Source: Candidatus Kaiserbacteria bacterium (lineage in GTDB: Bacteria > Patescibacteriota > Minisyncoccia > Phycocordibacterales > UBA2100). From it: a DNA stretch of 64,000 nucleotides. The translations under genes were made by a program, and so were the position numbers. The stretch spans positions 30,158 to 94,157 of the forward strand of contig JACROD010000020.1 of the NCBI GenBank assembly GCA_016214605.1. Direction: 5' to 3'. Below, one piece after another: positions 58,920 to 64,000 of this stretch; position 1 is the stretch's first letter; the number at the start of each line of letters is the position of its first letter. The notes beneath the pieces are model-generated. The model was not told the DNA's origin and did no database searches. It was given only the letters and a program-made list of their open reading frames with translations.

Positions 58920-60203
58920 TTATGAATGCAGCTGGCGTGCGAGGGATTTTTCGACGAGCAGGCGGGGCCAGCCGTAGGCGAGGCGATTGAGAGTCGTCAC
59001 CTTTGCTTTGGTCGATGAGTCTTTGGATATTTCTTCTGGCGGCAGCGTGATGCCCGAAAAGGCCTCGCTCGTTTTGCCGTCGATCATGAGCTTGATGTAG
59101 AAATTGAAACGCGGCAGGCCGATGAAGTCGCGCTCCGTGATCGGCGCGAACTCTCGCGCGAGGATCCGCGCATCTTCAATCCCGACCTCGAAGGCGAGGA
59201 GCGTGCCGACGTTGCCGAACAAGCTGTCTCGGATCGTATCCGGCAGCTGCGAAAGGTATTGATTCGCGAGATGCATACCGAGGCCGTATTTGCGCGATTC
59301 GCTCAGGAGGCTCGCAAACGTATCAGTGATGAAGTTTTGGAATTCGTCCACATACAGATAGAATGGCGTCCGCGCGGATGCACCTCGGTCGGCACGCTTC
59401 ATGACGGCGGCCTGCAGGCGCGAGATCAGGATGAGTCCGAGCATATGTGCATTCATCTCGCCGATCTTCCCCTTGGACAGGTTTACGAGCAGGATGCTCT
59501 TTTTGTCCATCAGCTCGTCAAATTCGAAGCTGTTGATGCGGTGGCCCATGATGTTGCGCATGAGCGGGCTGTTGATGAAGGGGCCGAATTTGGACATGAA
59601 GTAATTGAGCATCTCGCTTTTGTGGAAGCCGGAAGTTTTCGCCATTTGTTTGGTCCAGAAGTCGATCACGAGGGGATCGGTGAGGTGCGACCGCTTCGTC
59701 TTTTCGAATGCGGGATCGACGAAGAGCTTGGGGATCTCGAGTATGCTGCCGCCCTCGGGCCCCGCCATGACGGTGAGCGCCGCGTTGCGCAGCCAGTGTT
59801 CAAACTGTGGTCCGATAAGGCCGGTCTTTTCCGGGTCGAAGAGCTTGTAGAAGATCTGGATGCATTCGTTGACGAGGAAGTCCTTTTCGAATTCGTCGTG
59901 TGCTTCCAGGAGATTGAGTCCGAAGGGAAAATCCTTGTCGCTCGGATCGAAGAGGATCACGTCTTGCAGGCGGTTTTGGGGGATGTGCTCGAGCAGCCAG
60001 TCGATCGAATCTCCGTGCGGGTCGATAAAGCAGACGCCGTGGCCGCTTTGGATGTCTTGTAGGCACATGTTTTGGAAGATGGTCGATTTGCCGACGCCGG
60101 TCTTGCCGACCATGTACATGTGCCGCAAGCGGTCCTTTTCGGCGTACTCGATCAGCCGCCTGCGTCCGCGAAATTCATTGATGCCGATAGATACGTTTGC
60201 CAT
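58920..60203 (-). CDS. Soluble VirD4/TraD/HerA-like ATPase
   Basis: DRLRHMYMVGKTGVGKS, FIDPHG, YVDEFQNF, LSESRKY; no TM segment. Confidence 0.88.
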   Translation of the reverse strand: MANVSIGINEFRGRRRLIEYAEKDRLRHMYMVGKTGVGKSTIFQNMCLQDIQSGHGVCFIDPHGDSIDWLLEHIPQNRLQDVILFDPSDKDFPFGLNLLEAHDEFEKDFLVNECIQIFYKLFDPEKTGLIGPQFEHWLRNAALTVMAGPEGGSILEIPKLFVDPAFEKTKRSHLTDPLVIDFWTKQMAKTSGFHKSEMLNYFMSKFGPFINSPLMRNIMGHRINSFEFDELMDKKSILLVNLSKGKIGEMNAHMLGLILISRLQAAVMKRADRGASARTPFYLYVDEFQNFITDTFASLLSESRKYGLGMHLANQYLSQLPDTIRDSLFGNVGTLLAFEVGIEDARILAREFAPITERDFIGLPRFNFYIKLMIDGKTSEAFSGITLPPEEISKDSSTKAKVTTLNRLAYGWPRLLVEKSLARQLHS

Positions 60204-60207
60204 ATTT

Positions 60208-60525
60208 TTAAATGTGAGTATCGAGGGGCTTTTGTACGAAGTATTCGGACTTGAGGGTCTTATTCAGGCGCTTTTTCATGGCGGCGATCTTGGCCTCCGA
60301 TTCGACGACCGAGAGCAAGAACTCCCGCTCATACTCTATCTTGGTACGCAGTGCGTCGAAGAGTGTGCGGCTGATGTCCGCGTGGATCGATGCGAGCATT
60401 TCGCTGCGCTCGGTATACACGCTCTGGGCCTGCGGCAGTGTGAGGCCTGCTGGGGGAGCATCTTGAGGAGATTCGTCGCTGCGGAATCGTTCGGTATGGT
60501 GCATGTGTTCGTGAGGATTGTTCAT
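60208..60525 (-). CDS. Small helical hypothetical protein
   Basis: Start overlaps the AAA+ gene stop; ends 4 nt before the next gene. Confidence 0.75.
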   Translation of the reverse strand: MNNPHEHMHHTERFRSDESPQDAPPAGLTLPQAQSVYTERSEMLASIHADISRTLFDALRTKIEYEREFLLSVVESEAKIAAMKKRLNKTLKSEYFVQKPLDTHI

Positions 60526-62201
60526 AGGTATGAGTGCTCGGTATGTGCCTCCAAGAGCGAATCCATGAGTAATGTCTCGCAGGTTTCTTCGACGAATCGC
60601 TTCACGGGCCGGGCGCCGAAGCGGGGATCGGCAATGTGCCGTATTCGCTCTTCGAGTGTCTCTGGTTCGATGGCGAAACGCACACGATGTTTGGAGAGCC
60701 GTTTCTCGATCTTTTGGATCTCGAGCTGTGCGACCTGCACTAGGCTCGATACGGTGAGCGGCTGAAAGACCAAAATACTGTCGAAGCGATTGATGAATTC
60801 GAGTCGGAAGGTCTTGGCGAGTATCGGTAGGACCGTCTCTGCCACAAATGCATCATTGTCGATGCGCGTATGGCGCGCATGCGCCGCCAGTATCTCCTGC
60901 ACAGCTGCGTTGGAGGTCGCCATGAAGATCGCATTGCGGGCGTCGACCGTCTCGCTTTGTCCCGAGGTGAGGCGCCCGTCGTCGAGTACCTGGAGAAACA
61001 CGTCGAATACTTTGGGATGCGCTTTTTCGATCTCGTCGAGCAGGATGAGGGAGTGGGGCTCCTTGCGCAGGGCATTGGTGAGCGCGCCGCCTTCTTCGTA
61101 GCCGACGTATCCCGGCGGGGCGCCGATCAGGCGCTGGACCGAGTGTTCTTGCTGGAATTCGGACATGTCGATGCGTGTGAAGCTCTCGGCGCGCCCAAAC
61201 ATGATCTCGGCCACGCACTTGGCGGTCTCTGTCTTGCCGACTCCCGAGGGCCCGAGCAAGAGGAACGAGCCGAGCGGACGATCGGGATTCCTGAGCCCGA
61301 GCCTGGCCCGCTGCAGGGTCGCTGCAATCTTTGCCGTGGCGCCTTTTTGGTCGACGATGCGTTTGTCGAGCGTGTCCGCGAGGTCTTTGATCCCCTGGAG
61401 CTCGCCCTGCTTCATGCGAGCGCTCGGGACGCCGGTCTTTGCTTCGATCAGATGCATGACCGATTCGGGCGTGAGAATCTTGTGATCTTGGGCGGCGCAC
61501 GACGAGATGCTTTCGTCGAGCAGGTGGATCGCCGATCGCGGCATCTGCCCGAGGACGGGAAAGCGCTGCGCGAGTGCGACGATCTCTTGCAGGGCATCGT
61601 CGGGCACGATGACGTGGTGGTGAGCATTGAGGAGGGGGATCTTTTTCGACAGGATGCGCCGGTATTCGGACGCGGTCTGTTCTTTGAGGGTGATGGTCTC
61701 GAAGAGATGTATGAACGCGGGATACTCACGCTCGAGCCACGCGTATTCGTGAGTCTCCAGGGCGAGCACGACGTGCACATCCGGGCGCGCGAGCAGATGC
61801 TTGTACAGGCGATGGATGTGCTGGGCGAACGCCGTGTTTTTGGAAAGTTCTCGCCCGAAATCATCGACGAACAAGACGCATGCAGGCAGGTGCTCGAATG
61901 CCTCGGCGTACCGCTCTTCGAGGCTCGCGTCGTTGACGGCTTCAAACACATGCTCGGTGTCCAATTGCAAGAGTGCGTATGCATCGTAGCGGGATCGTCC
62001 GATCATGTGCCGTACCCAGCCGTAGGCCAAGGCTGTTTTGCCGATGCCGCTTGGCCCTACGATGAGCGCGTTGTTGTTGATCCGGCGGCCGAGCAGGCGA
62101 TTGATCCGGCTGATCTCGTCGCGGCGACCGACGAGGGCGGGCAGGCGGCCCTTGTGCGCTTCTTCTCGCAGGTCATAGTAGGTGATCTTTTTGTTGCTCA
62201 T
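60522..62201 (-). CDS. ClpA/B/C-family two-domain AAA+ ATPase lacking N and middle domains
   Basis: LVGRRDEI, GPSGIGKT, FVDDF (D1); GPSGVGKTE, GAPPGYVGYEEGG, LDEIEKAHP, FGARP (D2). Confidence 0.88.
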   Translation of the reverse strand: MSNKKITYYDLREEAHKGRLPALVGRRDEISRINRLLGRRINNNALIVGPSGIGKTALAYGWVRHMIGRSRYDAYALLQLDTEHVFEAVNDASLEERYAEAFEHLPACVLFVDDFGRELSKNTAFAQHIHRLYKHLLARPDVHVVLALETHEYAWLEREYPAFIHLFETITLKEQTASEYRRILSKKIPLLNAHHHVIVPDDALQEIVALAQRFPVLGQMPRSAIHLLDESISSCAAQDHKILTPESVMHLIEAKTGVPSARMKQGELQGIKDLADTLDKRIVDQKGATAKIAATLQRARLGLRNPDRPLGSFLLLGPSGVGKTETAKCVAEIMFGRAESFTRIDMSEFQQEHSVQRLIGAPPGYVGYEEGGALTNALRKEPHSLILLDEIEKAHPKVFDVFLQVLDDGRLTSGQSETVDARNAIFMATSNAAVQEILAAHARHTRIDNDAFVAETVLPILAKTFRLEFINRFDSILVFQPLTVSSLVQVAQLEIQKIEKRLSKHRVRFAIEPETLEERIRHIADPRFGARPVKRFVEETCETLLMDSLLEAHTEHSYL

Positions 62202-62216
62202 AAGTGATCTTTAGTA

Positions 62217-63104
62217 TTAGGCGGCCATCTCCAGGATAATCCCGTCTTTGCTGACACGGCTGCGCAAAGGGCTGCGGGGACGGATGATCTCGGTGTTGTC
62301 GTTTTGCGGCGGCGCGGCGACGGATCGCTGTGTGTTCGGGAGACTATAGCGGGCTGGTAGCTCGGGGCTTCGGGCGAGACGCGTCATAGGTACGCCGATC
62401 GCGTGCAGAATACTCTCTGCTTGTGCGACGGGCTCTTGCTCGCTGTTTTTTTCTCCTTCTTGTTTTTCGTTTTCGGTCACGGCCTCGTGTGCTATCGCCT
62501 CGAAAGCGAGGACTTCATTGATCGTCTCTTGTGCTTCACTTGGGATAGTGTCTTCAGGCTGCTCTGTGCGCACGATCGCGGATGTCTCGGCGACCCCTGT
62601 CTCTTCTTGCACCATGCGTTCATCTTCGGCACGCATGATCTCGTGTTTGTGGATCTCGTAGGTGACCAATCCGTTCTCGCCGAGAATGAGCTGCGTCACA
62701 TACAATATCTCTCCGTCGGCGGTCTGCTCGCGATAATCCGGCAAGAAGAAGACTCTGTCGCCGCCCTCGCGCCATTGGGCGAGCATCTCTTGGTGCAGGG
62801 TAGTGTCTTCATTCATCCACACATTGCCCTCGGGATCGCGGATATTTTGTCCGTCAAACCAGTATCCGCTGTCGCCGCTGTACGCATGCTCCCAGTCGTC
62901 CTCCTCGCCGCCTTTTTGTTCGAGGACGGCTTGTTCGCCCGGCTCGGCTGGCTCTTGGCGTTCTGCTTCTTCACTATCCTCGGATTTTTCGTACTCGGCC
63001 GTCTCGCGGGATTCGCGCTCCGAGGCAGAAGCGTACTCGACGTCCTCATTAAGTCCTTCCACGTATTCTTCTTCGTCGATAAAATCTTGGATCTCGGTCT
63101 GCAT
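62217..63104 (-). CDS. Highly acidic hypothetical protein
   Basis: Glu-rich flanks around an aromatic-rich core; start placed at the ATG after the leader terminator. Confidence 0.75.
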   Translation of the reverse strand: MQTEIQDFIDEEEYVEGLNEDVEYASASERESRETAEYEKSEDSEEAERQEPAEPGEQAVLEQKGGEEDDWEHAYSGDSGYWFDGQNIRDPEGNVWMNEDTTLHQEMLAQWREGGDRVFFLPDYREQTADGEILYVTQLILGENGLVTYEIHKHEIMRAEDERMVQEETGVAETSAIVRTEQPEDTIPSEAQETINEVLAFEAIAHEAVTENEKQEGEKNSEQEPVAQAESILHAIGVPMTRLARSPELPARYSLPNTQRSVAAPPQNDNTEIIRPRSPLRSRVSKDGIILEMAA

Positions 63105-63121
63105 AGTGATTTTTCTTGGGA

Positions 63122-63150
63122 TAAAAAACAAAAACTCCGCCCAAGCGGAG
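63122..63150 (-). terminator. Leader terminator (probable riboswitch expression platform)
   Basis: Minus strand ctccgc-ttgg-gcggag-tttttgtttttt, upstream of the start codon. Confidence 0.8.
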
Positions 63151-63195
63151 ATCCTTAAAAATGCCTTTCAGCATCGAATCCTGCTCGGGAAAAAC

Positions 63196-63315
63196 CGGAT
63201 TGATGAAGATCGGACTCGTACCCGTGAGATGGCGAAGCCCATATCTCCGGGTCATTACCGTTGCGGCACAGTAGGGGAATCTCACCCCACTTCCTATCCG
63301 TACTTTTTCAGCACG
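63196..63315 (-). promoter_or_regulatory. Cobalamin riboswitch-like aptamer (class II/variant)
   Basis: Minus strand AGGAAGTGGGGTGAGATTCCCCTACTGTGCCGCAACGGTAA-[stem]-GAGTCCGA; cggat/atccg closing pair. Confidence 0.72.
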
Positions 63316-63355
63316 GACCCGACTCTACTTCAGTCGGCTATCAACCGTACGTTTG

Positions 63356-63383
63356 ATTATATGCTCGGACTTTTTCGGTGCAA
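63356..63383 (-). promoter_or_regulatory. Sigma70-type promoter for the riboswitch leader
   Basis: TTGCAC-16-TATAAT on the minus strand. Confidence 0.6.
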
Positions 63384-63524
63384 ACATTTTGCCCGACATG
63401 AATGTGAATAGCGAGTGTGTCAATAGAAAAAACAGACGACCGAGAGCAAAGCTGACGCATGGATATCAAAAGTATAGGACCACGAGATTTTGTCTCGTGG
63501 TCCTGTTTGTTGAGACAGCGTGTC

Positions 63525-63782
63525 TCAGTAATCGCAGATGTCCTTCCCCCCGTAGTGGGGACTCGGGATCGCTTGTTTGATCTGGGCGGCCATCAACTGG
63601 GCGTCGTGGCGATCGCGGACCTTTGGCAACTGACTTGCCAGGGCAAACCGCTGCTGCCATATGGCTTCGCATTTCAACACGTCTTGTGCGTAGCGGGCGA
63701 CATACACCGAATAGGCGGAAAGGCCGCAAGACGCAAGCGCGAAGGCAACGGCGAAAGCCGGTAAGATAAGCTGCTTTTTCAA
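63525..63782 (-). CDS. Hypothetical small exported or lipoprotein-like protein
   Basis: TTG start, KK followed by a hydrophobic stretch and LASCG. Confidence 0.45.
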   Translation of the reverse strand: MKKQLILPAFAVAFALASCGLSAYSVYVARYAQDVLKCEAIWQQRFALASQLPKVRDRHDAQLMAAQIKQAIPSPHYGGKDICDY

Positions 63783-64000
63783 GGAACCCTCCTGGGGGTT
63801 ATTACCGGTTTATAGTGTACACTAGTACACATAGTATGTCAAGCTTGAAAGTGCCGAGTCATATGCTCAGTTTCCCGTACCATCTCTCTCGTCGTTTAGT
63901 TTAGCTAGATAGAATCCAAGGCGTCCTATTGCATACATTGACAATGTACGCACGTTGTATATACTTGCCTTATGACTACGGTAAATGTGAGAATTGAAGA

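Noticed and set aside
63196-63315. FMN riboswitch interpretation of the leader
   Set aside because: It shares GGGGTGA.ATTCCCC but lacks the second T-loop arm and CCGAC/GGATGGGAG elements; CTGT.CCGCAACGGTAA fits cobalamin class II better

Overview
Chromosomal window from a small-genome bacterium. Gene content and protein styles suggest Patescibacteria/CPR (Parcubacteria-like); this is an inference. The housekeeping backbone is secY(3' end)-gmk-adk-map, ndk, infC-rpmI-rplT, smpB/tmRNA, ftsH and recG. Accessory content includes a copper P-type ATPase cluster, an ArsR-led thiol-disulfide cluster, pyrC/D/E/F, toxin genes and large peptidoglycan-binding surface proteins. Two systems stand out. (1) A diversity-generating retroelement (45561-48287) has a 119-bp VR/TR pair differing at 12 positions, all TR adenines. 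Its avd lies on the opposite strand, head-to-head with the RT, and the RT is frameshifted in a G10 tract. (2) A class-II cobalamin-riboswitch-like leader with a terminator precedes a tight 4-gene operon (acidic protein, N-domain-less Clp-type AAA+ ATPase, small helical protein, soluble VirD4/TraD-like ATPase) with no recognisable B12 function. Also seen: tRNA-Ile(UAU), a compact 6S-like RNA, a circularly permuted CcdA, palindromic elements inserted in-frame in recG and a beta-CASP nuclease, an orphan pemK with a structured 3' region, and direct-repeat-bounded single-gene insertions. All calls come from reading the sequence; no database search was run.
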